Positions 47,276-64,000 of a stretch of DNA of 64,000 bases are shown piece by piece. This DNA is from Lepidodermella squamata. Taxonomy: Eukaryota > Animalia > Gastrotricha. Within the stretch, counting starts at the first letter, position 1. Each line of letters begins with the position of its first letter. Under the pieces are notes generated by a model. The model worked only from the letters and a program-made list of their open reading frames with translations. It ran no database searches and was not told the DNA's origin. The stretch is from positions 372,001 through 436,000 of the forward strand of contig JBLDXI010000007.1 of assembly GCA_047495785.1 (NCBI GenBank), read 5' to 3'. Both the position numbers and the translations under genes were made by a program.

Positions 47276-48692
47276 TTTATTCTCTGTTCGTTGATTTTTA
47301 TTCAACTATTAAAACTCTATTAAATAAACAAATTTAATGCATCAGAATGGATAGTGAAAGATCGAAAAAAATCGAGGTTATTCCGACTTATTCTCAATGC
47401 TCTCGAGGCATAACAGCGTGAAGTGCCACTTTATACTGTTGATTGTTACACACATGCACCTATTAGTCGTTATCCCAAATCAATTTCGAAGGAATATCAT
47501 TGGAATTAGTGGGTGGTCGATACTGATATTATTTTCTCGTGAATTCAGCTTTGTCAAAGCGTGAAAGGGAAATGACCTTATACAGACGTAGAAAACATCA
47601 TTGAAGATAAAACTCGAAATGAAAGCATGTCAGGTATGCAGTAGATTCTACACGCAAAGAAGGGTTAATGTTGGGGAAGCTGAAATAATGCATAGAACAC
47701 ACAGAATACTGTACTGCACTATAGCAGCTTTTTCATTTTTAGCGATTTTGCAAGCTCAAGATTCGGCTGCGAACGGATTGAGGAAAGCTGAATACCTATC
47801 GCAGGTTTGATGATGCCTGGAAATAGGCCCAAGTGTCTCTTTTTACTTATCATCCAAAAGCCATCTCCGGTCAAGCTACTCCTCGAGAGAACATGATGAA
47901 TTTCATCATAGAAATTGATGGTAGTTTACTGCCTTTGAATTCTTGAAATTCTTGGGATTTATTGCCTTTGGAAGCCATACTTTACGATGTTCTTGCGAAA
48001 CATATTTGACTTATGTCGTAATTCTGGGACTGAAATGCGTTTTCGCAAACCAGATTCGCCCGAAGCGCGGTGATGGCTTTCAAACTACTCCCATTGTTTG
48101 GAGAATCTGTTTCTGGAATCAAGAGCTGCGGTCACCTGTGAAGTTCATGGGGTAACTCAGCCGATTTTCACGTTCAAATTCGTCGTGAAATTGACGAAAA
48201 ACGGCACTGACCAAGTAAATGCCCAACACAACGTCATTCGAATGGCCATAGCGTGATATTATACGCAAACGATCACTCAAAGGTGATGTTTCATTGAATT
48301 TTATTTCGCGCATTCGATCGGTTCTTTTGACTCAGTGTAAGCGGCTACAACAATCCGGCATGTTCTCAAACTTCGGGAAATGTATAAAATTCTCAATAAT
48401 AAGCACTTTTATAGGATTCACATTCTGTCATAAGATTTCAGCCAGGATAAAACCAAAAGACAGCGGCGTGGTCAAGAAAAAAATCGCATAATAATAATAC
48501 TACACCATAATAATAATAGTATTTACATGTGAAGAAAAAACAAACACACCTCCACATGACAGGTACAAGAGGCTACGTGATTTTCTGGCCCAGCACGGCG
48601 GAAGAAGAACAAGAAAATAAAATAACCGGTGATAATGTCAGAAATTTATACGCCGCTGTAGATCATCAATAGAGTTTGTTACCTAGGTAATA

Positions 48693-50893
48693 TCACCGAT
48701 TGAGGCGGTAGCGCGCTACTAAACAATAAACTCCCCACATAGAAAGCACACTCGTCAAGGCAATAGAGGGTAACAACGCGTCGGACAACTCAGGCATTTG
48801 GTACAAAAAAGCCATAGGCATCAGAAACGCAGCTGATAAATCGCTGTTGTCGATGGGCGTTGTTGTCGAAGGTTGTTTAACGGCACAATGATCTTGCTTC
48901 TGATGAATCAGCGACTGCGCTAAATGCTGCGTAACATCGTCGATGTGGTACATTTTATACGCGTGAAACACGTCGTCTTCGTCGTCGTTGGTCTCCTTAA
49001 TCGTTAAGGCGACAGGTTTGCCGTTAACAATCACCTGCAGCCGGTATTCTTCATTGGGTGACATTTCCGATTGACAGTTATACTGTTTTTTAAATAAAAA
49101 AAATCCATCTTAATATTTTTTAGAACGCTTTATTTATTTTAGAATTACAAAATTTCAACCCTAGGTATACACATATCTTTTCATCAAATTTGAGCTGAAA
49201 TCATAAAGGAATCTTGGCTTATAAATACGGTAGTTGGTTCGATATTCGCAGTAATTTTTCCACTTGAAAACGGTATTTGGTGAAGTGCTAAAGCTCAAAA
49301 ATCAAACTTCGCTAAAACCCAAAACTCATCTCAAACCTCAACCCAGCCCTAACCCTAACCCTAACCCTAACCCTAACGATTTATCAGTTTTTGATAAAAA
49401 TCACAATTTTATGTATGAAATATGTATGAAAGAGCAGTTATTATACTATTTTTAGAAAAAATCCAACTTAATATTTTATATTTTTCCGAATTTTTTCAAT
49501 GACTCACCATTAAAAATGCGATGTTCGCTGCAAAGGGTACGACTCGGGAAGATCGGAAATGTCGATTATCGATATGTCGATGCGCCGTGTCTACGGTTAA
49601 ATGATCATCGTCGCGGAAAAGTCCAAAACTAGCTATCACGGGTAGAATTGTTTCAGCATGTGCAAAGCTAAAAATCGCATGGGGTTGACTGTACAAAAAA
49701 TTCGTAAATAATTGCCGAAAATGTCTAAAAATTTCTCACGATTTAGGATCAGCAGTAACGTTGTGAAATCGGCCGACCATTTCGGCGAGCAGTGGGTAAC
49801 TCATTTCGTAATTAATCGCAAAGCCGTACAACTTTTGCCAGTACTCCTCGACATCGTCCAAAAACTCCAAAAATTTCAAATCATTCTCGTGTTCAAGCAA
49901 CGGCCGCAAATGCGAATGCATGAACTCGGCCATTTCGATACCAGTAACTTTCCATATAGCCAATAATTCTTCAAAAGACAGTGTATCAGGCGGTAGATTC
50001 AGCCGTTTATGCCACGCTGAAATCCATTCAGTTGCTAGGGTTGATCGTTTCATACGCTCAAATTCAGCCTTAGAGCTCGGATTGTCATCGACCTCGTCAA
50101 TATACTTCTGACACGTGTCGAAAAATCGAGTCAAGGTGTCATTAATTTCGATTTGATCGTTCATTTTAACAGCGTGCGGGTTATCCTTCGCTAGATCCGC
50201 CTTAATTTGATCGATAAAAGCCTGGCCGCTTTTAACGCAACGGCTCGATGATGACGATCGAAATTCGAGGTGAAACGGCGCTCGATCCGGGTTGACGACA
50301 AGCGAACTTCGGAAAAGTCGGCCGAAATTTTTGCCTAGAAACGCCATTTCTTTGAGGCCGTTCGATAAAATTTCCTTCTCGAGCGAAAACCGCGACTGCC
50401 AGGCTGAAATCGATGTCTTCACGTGGTCATGTTCGATTCGATCGAGGTGGCCCTTCAACCGGTCGAGGGCTCTTCGAACTTTCACTAGATCTTTGTCGGA
50501 TGGAGCTCGAGTTCCGTGGCGGATTATCGCGTTAACGTGGACCAGCGAGCATTTTGTGAGACCTTCCGCCACTGTCGGCACGAGACTATGCCAATCTACG
50601 AGAAAATCGTGGACCGAAGCAGCTACCGGGGCGTGGTGATCGTGCGCCCCGACTAAATAGGGTGTCTTACTGCCGTAGAAGCTAAACTGCCCGACCGAGG
50701 TCGAATGGCGCGGGACTGTGTTAAAATGCTCAATAGGCTGGTAATGCCGGTTGTCAGAGGAGGATTGCCGCACAAACAAGGAGCTGAGAATTGCAGGAAT
50801 GACGTTAGCGACGGCTAGGACTTGCCGCCTGGGTTGCAGGAGAATCATGTGAAAGGGTTGAGAGTGGAAAAAATTGATCGATCTAGTTATCAT
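48693..50893 (-). CDS. MINPP1: Multiple inositol polyphosphate phosphatase (histidine acid phosphatase), copy B, with C-terminal hydrophobic anchor, 3 exons
   Basis: GSKTPY, IRHGTRAP, RCVKS..F, TRFFDTC, FAHAETILP, RSSRVVPFAANIAF; tail LLPSIALTSVLSMWGVYCLVA. Start may be 50893 or 50848. Confidence 0.88.
49347..49376. repeat. Interstitial telomeric repeat (CCCTAA)5 in a MINPP1-B intron
   Basis: Five exact CCCTAA units, preceded by degenerate hexamer-like units from ~49290. Confidence 0.85.
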
Positions 50894-50995
50894 TCAGAGA
50901 ATGCCACCTGCAAATGGTGACGAATTTTAAGACGGCGCTCCTCAATCCCAATCTTAGCTATCTCAAAAAACCTAATTAAAAAAATTGAAAAATCA

Positions 50996-52322
50996 TCAAA
51001 ATTCATTTTTAGAAAAGCAAATTTTTTCAAAATTGCAATGCGATAAAAACCGGTAGTAAGTTGAAAGAGATCGGAGTGAGCATAAATTAGACGTGGAACA
51101 AGGGCCATTTAGGCGCACAGGCACGCCGTTGACCAAGACTTGCACCTGGAATCGATCGCCCTCTTGGCAATCGTATAACATAAACGCGATGTTACCAGCA
51201 AACGGGGAGATTGTTGAGACTCTGAATTTCCTCTCGTGAATATAGTGCGATGCTGTTTTCACATTCAACGGATGGTCATCTTTGAAAAGACCAAACGACG
51301 CAATAACTGGCAGTAAAGTTTCAGCGTGGCCAAAGTAAAAAAATGCCATATTCTGCGAGGTTGAGTTAGGCAACGTGGCCGATTCCATAAGTTGGAAAAT
51401 TTCTTTCAGTAACGGACAGGCGCATTTCGAATCGATAGGGTAGCCATAAGCCCGGATCCAATACGCGTCGATATCGTCCAAAAAATCAAACGCAGCCAAA
51501 TCGGATTTCTCGAATATCAAAGGTAGAGGCGATGCAAGGCCAGCTGCGATTTCTATTCCAGCAACTTCGTAAATGTTTTGAAGTTCGTGACCTTTCAGCT
51601 TGATTTCATTCAAATTAAGCCGTCTATGAATTTCTGGTATGATCCCTTGAATATAACTGGACTTTCGGAATTCGAATTCATTTTTAGCGGCGGAAATGTT
51701 AGACGCAACTTCCTTAACGAATCGCGGGCATGAGTCGAAAAATCGCAACAATGTCTCGTTGATTTTGATCGATTTAGAAACTGGAAATTTAGTGCTGAGA
51801 GATTCTCGAAAAATCTCGCAACTTTTCAAACAACGGCCGACGGATGACGATTTAAATTTGATGTGCGGATTCCTAAAATCTGAGATTTCCTATAAATTTG
51901 AATTTCGACTCTAAAAATCTTAACCTACCACTTTCCTCAAAGAGACGAGCAAATTCCTGTCCTAAAAAAGTTTGCTCGATGATGCCTTGATCCAGCAAGG
52001 CTTGATCGCCCGAAAATTGAGGCACCCATTCGAGAATGGGGCGATATTTCGGCGGGATTGCATCAGGATATAGATGGGATAATTTTCTCAGCCGTTTGAT
52101 GAATTTCTCAACGGCATGCATTTGCAGTTTGTTGGGGGATCTCGTGCCGTGACGAATCAGCGCATTGACTTGAACCAGCCTACAAACTTGCTTATCAGGT
52201 ATCACTTGCTTCCAGTCAGTCGGTGTAAGGTTGTAGGGCGTTTTCGATGAAAATAAGCTGCCTTGAGGAGGATAGCCGTATGCAACCATCAAAATCAGAA
52301 AATAAATAAAAACGCGCTTCAT
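50996..52322 (-). CDS. MINPP1: Multiple inositol polyphosphate phosphatase, copy A, signal peptide and C-terminal KNEF, 2 exons
   Basis: MKRVFIYFLILMVAYG signal, SSKTPY, IRHGTRSP, LLRFFDSC, FGHAETLLP, SPFAGNIAF. A 52-nt GTTAAG..TTTTAG intron (~51873-51924) joins the two ORFs. Confidence 0.9.
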
Positions 52323-53031
52323 TATCTTAAATTTCTAAAATGAGAGAAAAACAAGATTTTAAACGCGCTGTTTTATTCGCAGATATATTTATATATAGAA
52401 CATTTTCAAGTTTTAATTATACCAAGGCAGAATGCCGAAATTATACAAGAAAACCATAAGCGGGTTCAACTTCATTTGTTTTATTGTACTGAAAATTTCT
52501 CGCCGATCTAAACTCCTCACCTGTTGCAGCCGATTAAGCTGTTTACATATCGCTGCTAATAGAAAAATTTCACGGTAAACGATCAAATCCAACTAGCAAA
52601 TGTTGATTCGACTTTGTTTTTCTCTGCCCGCCCGCCACCTTGCGAATCCAACTCGCAGCTACTTCGCGACTCCGACCGCGTCGTGGTTAGTAAATAGAAC
52701 AATAACAACGATTCCTCTGCGATTTTTTTAGTTCTTCTTCATCATCATCGAGAAATAGTTTCGAAACTTCGAAACAATATCAAAGTTTGTTTTCAAAATT
52801 ATAGACGACAGTGGTAAAGTATATGAATTTCCGGTATCGAGTTAAATATTTACAGCGGCAGCTGACATAACGACGTAAACTTGCGACAGCTTTTTCAATC
52901 AACAGTGTATATATATAGATTTTTTATGTATATATAAGTCACAACGATTTTTTCCATCAAAAAAGAAAGATAAACCGGCTATATAAAAGCTTGAAAGTGT
53001 TCAACATATTTTCTCAGGTGGTTGAAATCGA

Positions 53032-56000
53032 TCAGTATTTTCGACGACCACCCCCAGCACCTCCACTTTGTTGCCCGGCATAGCCACGCTGGCGAGACGG
53101 GGACGAAGAAGACGCCACACGCAGCGACGCATAAGCAGGAACGACGTATGACTCCAAAGACCGGTCCTAGAATAAAAAAATTGAAATTATCGGAGATTTA
53201 AGGGAGAATTTCGGCGATTACCTTTTCTCGACTTGAGGCGAACTTGTCACGTGAGCGGCTTCGGCTCCGATTTTCATTGCGATCACGGCTCGCGGCGTAT
53301 CGGTCCCGAGATCGGCTACGGCTGCGATCACGACTCGACGACCTCTTCGACGCATGTTTCACAGGTGACGGAGAGCGGCTTTCACGGGAGTAGCGATCAC
53401 GTGACCGGCTTCGACTACGCGACACGCTGCGATCGTCATTACGATCTCGGCTCGAGAACTTCTTAGCGGGAGATGCAGCCTTAGTGGCCGGCGCCTCCTT
53501 AACAGGCTCAACGGTTGAAGTCGGCTGAGTTTTCGCCGCCTCGGCCGCTTCTTTCTGCTGTTTTTTCAGCAATTTCCGGGCTTTTTTCTCCGCTTTCTCA
53601 CGACGACGTGCCTCTTTCGCCTCTTTCTTCGCCTTTTTCGCCTCGCGTCGCTTTTGCTTCTCCTCCTCGGTTTCCGCGGGCTCGCCGTTGGCTGGAGACT
53701 TTTCCTTCTCCTTCTTTTTCTTCTTTTTCTCAGATTTATCAGCGTCGGTATCCTCGGCCTCGTTTTTCTCTTTTTTATGCTTTTTCTCCTTTTTGGCCTT
53801 TTTCTTCGCTTTTTTCTCCGCGTCGTCCTCTTCGCCGTTTTCAGTCGAAGTTGACCGCTTTTTCTTCTTCTTCTCGCCTTTAGCTGACTCGGTTTCCATA
53901 GCATCCACATTTTTAGCACTACTGCTGACTTCATCGACTACAACTAGATTCTCGAGCAGATGCTTGTTCTCTGAAACCGTGCTCGTAACTGGCTCTTCCG
54001 CTTTCTTGTCACCCGAATCGCCCGACGATTTCTCAGACTTACTAGCACGCTCTCTCGACGGGCTCTTCTCCTTAGTGGGTGATGATTTCTCCGCGCCGGC
54101 TAACAGAGCATCAATGTAAGGCTGATAGGCTGTTCTGTAGAGTTTTTCAACACTTTCACCGTGCATGGCGCGCACCTTCTCGAACCACTCATCCATCATT
54201 TTCTCGCATTCACGCTTCGACATTTTGCCGAGAGCGCCAGGCTGTAAGTTTCCGGTTGGCGCGTTCAAACCAGCGGCTTTCAGGGCATTCAGTGCGTTCG
54301 AAAGAGCGGCGCTTTGTTTCTGCGAGGACGAGTGTTTGCTGGACTTATCGACTTTAGGCGAGTCGCGGCCCCGGTGGCGGTCTCGGTCAGACCGGCCACT
54401 GCCACGAGGCGGCGTCCGGCTTCGACTACGGCGATCTTTCTTATCGCTTTTACGAACCGGGCTTCGAGTCCGTGATCGCGATCGAGAGCGATGCCGGCTG
54501 CGGCTGCGGCGGCGAGGCGATCGGCTCCGAGATCGGCGCCTCGGCCGTTGGTGGTCGAACTGGCGGCGAGGGAAGACGTCGCGTTTCAGGAATCGCTCGA
54601 TCGCAGCCATATCAGCCGCCCCGGCACCCGACCCGCCCGCTCCGGCGCCGGCCAGGAAACTCAACTGCTCGGCGAACGACTGAGGCGCAGGGCGGTTCAT
54701 GAACGGCGCGGCCGCAGCGGCTGCACGAACCGCAAGACCGCTGACCAGGGCTGACGGGTGTTGAGCTTGGGCGAGATTCGACATGAAAGCCTGGTTATTC
54801 ATTGAAAGACCCGCGTTGTTCTCCTCGCCATGTGAATCGGCCGATTCAGCGGTCGATTGTCCGCTGGCAGCTTGTTGCTGCTGGTTGAGTTGCTCCTGGA
54901 ATTGGCGAATTTGCGTCTCGAGAAACTGCTGTTGTTGCTGCTCGTTAAACTGATGCTGCGCCATGATAGGCCGAAGTTGAGCGATAAAGGCCTGCATCAA
55001 GGCGAGCTGCGTCGGGTTTGTGAATGCAGCTTGTGGGAACATCGATTGCGGTGTTGGGAACTGCATTTGGTTCATGAAAGGCGGGCGCATCATGAAATTA
55101 CCCCTATAAAACAGAAAAATTTTATCAAAATTAATTTCCTAGAATTTCATGTTACTAACCCATATGGCTGCATTTGAGGCATCATCATGATGGTAATGCC
55201 GCCTTGGCCTTGACCTTGCTGGTTCTGCATTTGATATTGCGACTGGTCCGGCGTGTTCTGATTCATAGCCGGTGACGGTTGACGAGGAGGCGCCGCAGCA
55301 GGTTCGAGTTTGGGTGATCGCGATCTCTCTGCCTCCGCGCTGGAAACTGCAGGTTCTGGTGCAGCGGCGGCGGCTGGCTGAGTTTTCTGAAGTTGCTTCA
55401 ACGGGGTGTAGTTATTTTCATTGGCGAAGCTTCGGACGAAATTGCGAATGTTTAGATTGGGCACAAGGCTGGCCGGAGCACACGGTTTCTGGCATTTAGG
55501 ACATAAATGTTCCTCAGAACTTAGTAGAGCGTCTCGGATACCTGACACATTAAATCAATTAAATCATAGAATTTTGCGAATTTTTTCAGTAATTTACATT
55601 CGTCGCAAAATGATTCATTGCAACAGAGGGTTAGCACGGCATCTCGAAGCAGATCATTGCACAGACCACATTTCAGTTCTGGAGGGACGGTAACCGGTTC
55701 ACGTTGTGCGGAAGCCGCGGCTTTCGCATCTGCGGGTTGGTGGCGACGCTGAGCTTCATTATGGACTCGCCTAATATTCGCGAAAAATTAAGTTACATTT
55801 CCAGTATTAATCATCGAATAACTTACGCGTCAATTTTAGGAACAGCATACTGTCCAGATTTTGTCATAACTGTGCCTTTATAATGAGGCCCATCAACAGG
55901 CATCAGTTCTGAATTGGGAATGCCAGTCGCTTTCTTGATTAATCGGATGTCGTTCAGCTGAATGTCTCCGAAATCCTGCTGTAATTTGTTAATTTATGAA

Positions 56001-57879
56001 ATCATTTTACACACTGAAATCAGTTAAGCAATCAAACCTTAGCAGGTTTTCCTGGCAAGCCACTCAAACAATCAGCCGATAAATGACCGGGTTTTCCACA
56101 TCTGAAACAATATTGCTGCTGATGGCCGTGGTGGCCGGGGAACCGTGGCCTGGGCCTAGTACACGAAATCGTTGTAAAAAGATTGACATCACGCGATAAG
56201 GGCAAAGCCTACATATTCATATATTTCGAAGGATCAAGATCCTTTTGAGATTGAGCAATCGCCGCGAAAATGTTTTGAGCTTCCGAGGCTTCGGCTGCTT
56301 TTGCCTTTGCGGCAGCATCCGCTGCATCTTGTGCCTTGAGTTAATAAAACAACGCTGCAGTGGACAAAAAATGAAGGTTGGGCAGAAACACACTTTTTTC
56401 TTCTCGTATTCATCCGGATCTGGAGGGACAAGCTGTTTCAAGAGAATAGGAAGAAGTTATTTTAACTCATAAGGGTTTAAAAGAAGCGACAATTCAATAA
56501 CAAGAACTAGACGAGGCTACCTGGACCGACTCCGCGCGAAGAGGGTCGAAAGGCTATTAAGACTTTAAACATGAAATTATAATGACGCTGAGTGGTCATT
56601 GCAGACGAATGGCTATCGATGATATCTTATAAGACGCAATTTACTGCTAGCAAAATTGCAAATAGAATAAGCTAGTGAAAAAATAGGACCATCGATTTAT
56701 CCGAAGATTTCACCGCCTTTCGCGCTCCGTAAAATAAGCCAATTAAGTTGGAGCACGAATTATCTAGACTTAAACCCCACATTATGTCCCGACTAAAGCT
56801 AAAAGAGAATTCGAATGTAGCAGCGGCATACTTCACAGCATAAATTTTAACTTGACAGGAATTTCGATATCGGTAACCTGGCCCCATTCCCGAACTTGTA
56901 AATGAACGCGAAAAACGAACAATTATGTGACCCAAAACCGTTTGTTATTTTCTTTCGCAAATTATTTCGTGCATCAAGATATTTTCATTGTAAGCCGTGT
57001 ATCAAATATAGCAGAACAAGGAAATAAGCTTTTATTTTAGAGATAACAATAGTGGGAGTATCACATGAATATTATGAAAGCACTCAAGAAATAATTAAAT
57101 TGTCCTTTTGAGCAATTCACAGTTTGTGAATGCTGACAAATCGCCAGCATTTGACGCCAGCTTGTCTTTGAAGTCGAACAAGAACTTCCAGCTTCTGAGC
57201 GAAAATGCTCTCCGGCGATATCAGGTCATCTCGAACCCTCGACTGGTTCTCAGCAGGACCGGGGGCAACAGTATAAGAGTGAGTTTTCGCATCACAATTG
57301 CACGCGCACATCATATCATTTTATAATACGGTTATTTATTTCCTCGGCGCAAACTGTTTTATTGAGCGCCATGAAACAGAAGCAAGATAGATTTAGCACG
57401 CATTAAGTATAACTATCGATATCGAAATTGACATTCGGATGTCAACTGACAGCGATCACAAAATGAAGAAAAAATTACCAATTTGTGGGCCTCCTGCTGA
57501 CCAGGTTCCCTATAAATATGAAGAATTACGGCATGAATTTTCAAATGACCAATTTCCACTTACAAAGCGCGAATGTTGCCGACGACTCGCCGAGATACTA
57601 CCACTTTCTTGAGTTTTGGAATCAAGTCCTCATCGCGGTATTCTAAGAAAATCCAGCGTATAACATTTCAGTGCATTAAATAAATGTCAGCATACCTTTC
57701 CCGCTTTGCTCATCTTCGACCATAAGTTCGACTTCATTTGAAAGACCCATTTTCTTCTTGGTCATAATTGCCTTCTTCAGCTCAGCGGTTGAGATGTTTA
57801 GACCTTCAAAGCTGACAGTATCGTAGGCAGGGAGCTTAGTCCCTTTGATTTTGTAAAATATATAAGACAACGAAGACAT
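53032..57879 (-). CDS. RBBP6: RBBP6 / SNAMA / Mpe1 orthologue (DWNN, zinc knuckle, RING, Q/P-rich, RS and Lys/Glu-rich tail), many exons
   Basis: YKIK..YDTVSFEGLNIS.AELKKAIM; EYRDEDLIPKLKKVVVSR; CFRCGKPGHLSADC; IKKATGIP..VDGPH.KG..TKSGQYAVP; PELKCGLC..CC..FCDE/CIRDALL..CPKC..PN..IR; long RS and K/E-rich C-terminus. Some internal exon boundaries uncertain. Confidence 0.9.
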
Positions 57880-59067
57880 CTAAACGAACCCAGTAATTAT
57901 AGTATAGTACTCTTATACAGCATTCATGAAATCAAAGATTACAGAAAAGCGGTCAGTTGCCAGATAATAAACTACAATCTGATACCTATCCACTTTTCGA
58001 TTCATTGAATGCGCGAAGTCGACGACCTAATATGCTAACATTAACCCAACGCAAGCAAAATGTATATTAAATATTCCCAATAAACATGAATAAAAAATTT
58101 ATATCACAAATTTTCAAAGGTCAACTAAGAACATCAGTGAAAACAAGTGAAAATGTAGCAATTCTGTGAAGATTGGGCATAAAAAATCCGGATAGAAAGA
58201 GCGTGGAGCGCAGATTTCAAGGGTGTTATGGACGCAGAGATATCAGTGAGAAATCAAGATAAACATGAAAAAATAACTTGTGTCGTAGCGGAAGGCAGAA
58301 GAGTAAATGTAACGTGAAACATGAATCACCATCACCAAAAACTTAACAACTTGGAAAGTGCAAAGGGTGAAATGACGCGTGATTTTTGGCAAAAACACGA
58401 TAACAAATAAATTTTGATCTTGACGTATAAATTATAATTATCAGCATTATTTAGTTTAAAATACTTTCTCCGCATTTTGATAATTTTTATAATCTATTAC
58501 ATAACATGTCCCCCTTTTTGTGGCTCCTCCTCTGTTCCGCCTTTTGCCGGTTTGTTGGCCTTGGTCGCTTTAGTCGACGGACGACTGAGCGAAGTTGTTG
58601 TTGCTGTTGAAGTGTGGAGAGTGAGGAGAGTCAGCTTCTGCTTTCAGCTTTCATTCCCGGATTACACATTTTAGCGGGATTCAGGCGACTATTGCGATCT
58701 GCGACTATTGAATTCGTTTTCTCTGCTGGAATCGGGTGGGAAGTGGGCATACTGGGCACTCAGCATCTCTTTCCTCCTTCGATTAGTTGTCATGTCATCA
58801 ATTACCTCGAACATGTCTATGTGGGTTGAGGTTGAAGAGAACCAGCTATTTAGGGATTTCTTTACCATAAGACTCGAAATGTTACTCCTAAGTGACAATG
58901 CTCATTTGTTTTTTTTACCCGCGTATCATTCTTTGTTCCATCCATTTAGAGATCATATTAATTCTTTGCTACTGCATTCATCGCCAATTCAATATTTTTA
59001 ATCCGACCGACCGGTAAGAATCGGTGATTATTAAAGTATTTGAGGATCATCTTTCGCAATATTATAG

Positions 59068-64000
<4,933 letters not shown>

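Noticed and set aside
47600-48500. Short ORFs between the RBBP6-like gene and MINPP1-B
   Set aside because: No recognisable product or consistent splice model.
51829-51930. Apparent frameshift in MINPP1 copy A
   Set aside because: A 52-nt GT-AG intron restores the frame.
53233-55177. Several long + strand ORFs opposite RBBP6
   Set aside because: Antisense shadows of low-complexity RS/Lys/Gln-rich coding sequence.
59013-59067. AG directly before the CHD ATG as a trans-splice site
   Set aside because: A GTAAGA donor at 59013 gives an ordinary 55-nt 5' UTR cis-intron. The AG before the RBBP6 ATG (57880) also has a possible upstream donor, so both were left out of the operon evidence.

Overview
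Eukaryotic, almost certainly metazoan, genomic DNA from a very compact genome: gene-dense, with canonical GT-AG introns mostly 50-60 nt and intergenic gaps often 100-270 nt. The ORF track is fragmented by introns, so I rebuilt gene models by hand. In order: a secreted protein with two Kunitz domains (+), UROS (-), gamma-glutamyltransferase (-), GINS1, Aurora kinase, an orphan single-pass membrane protein, STN1, GUK1, PHF5A, UQCR10 (missing from the ORF track), TELO2, MFSD1, BTAF1/Mot1 (with a decayed Mutator-like transposon in intron 2), an orphan membrane protein built from six internal repeats, an orphan secreted protein and a TIR-ankyrin protein (all +). A repeat-rich stretch follows: a stand-alone LINE endonuclease ORF between LTR-like direct repeats, a duplicated RBBP6-like 3' fragment and an internally deleted LINE. 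Then come Pellino, a truncated RBBP6 paralogue, two tandem MINPP1 paralogues and full-length RBBP6 (all -), and a CHD3/4/5 (Mi-2) gene (+) running off the end. Most notable: (1) operon-like runs of co-oriented genes with unpaired splice acceptors just upstream of the ATGs, suggesting SL trans-splicing; (2) an enzymatic-type TIR domain fused to ankyrin repeats, near Pellino; (3) the six-repeat membrane protein; (4) local gene-family remodelling (RBBP6, MINPP1). No database searches were run; family calls rest on recognised motifs.
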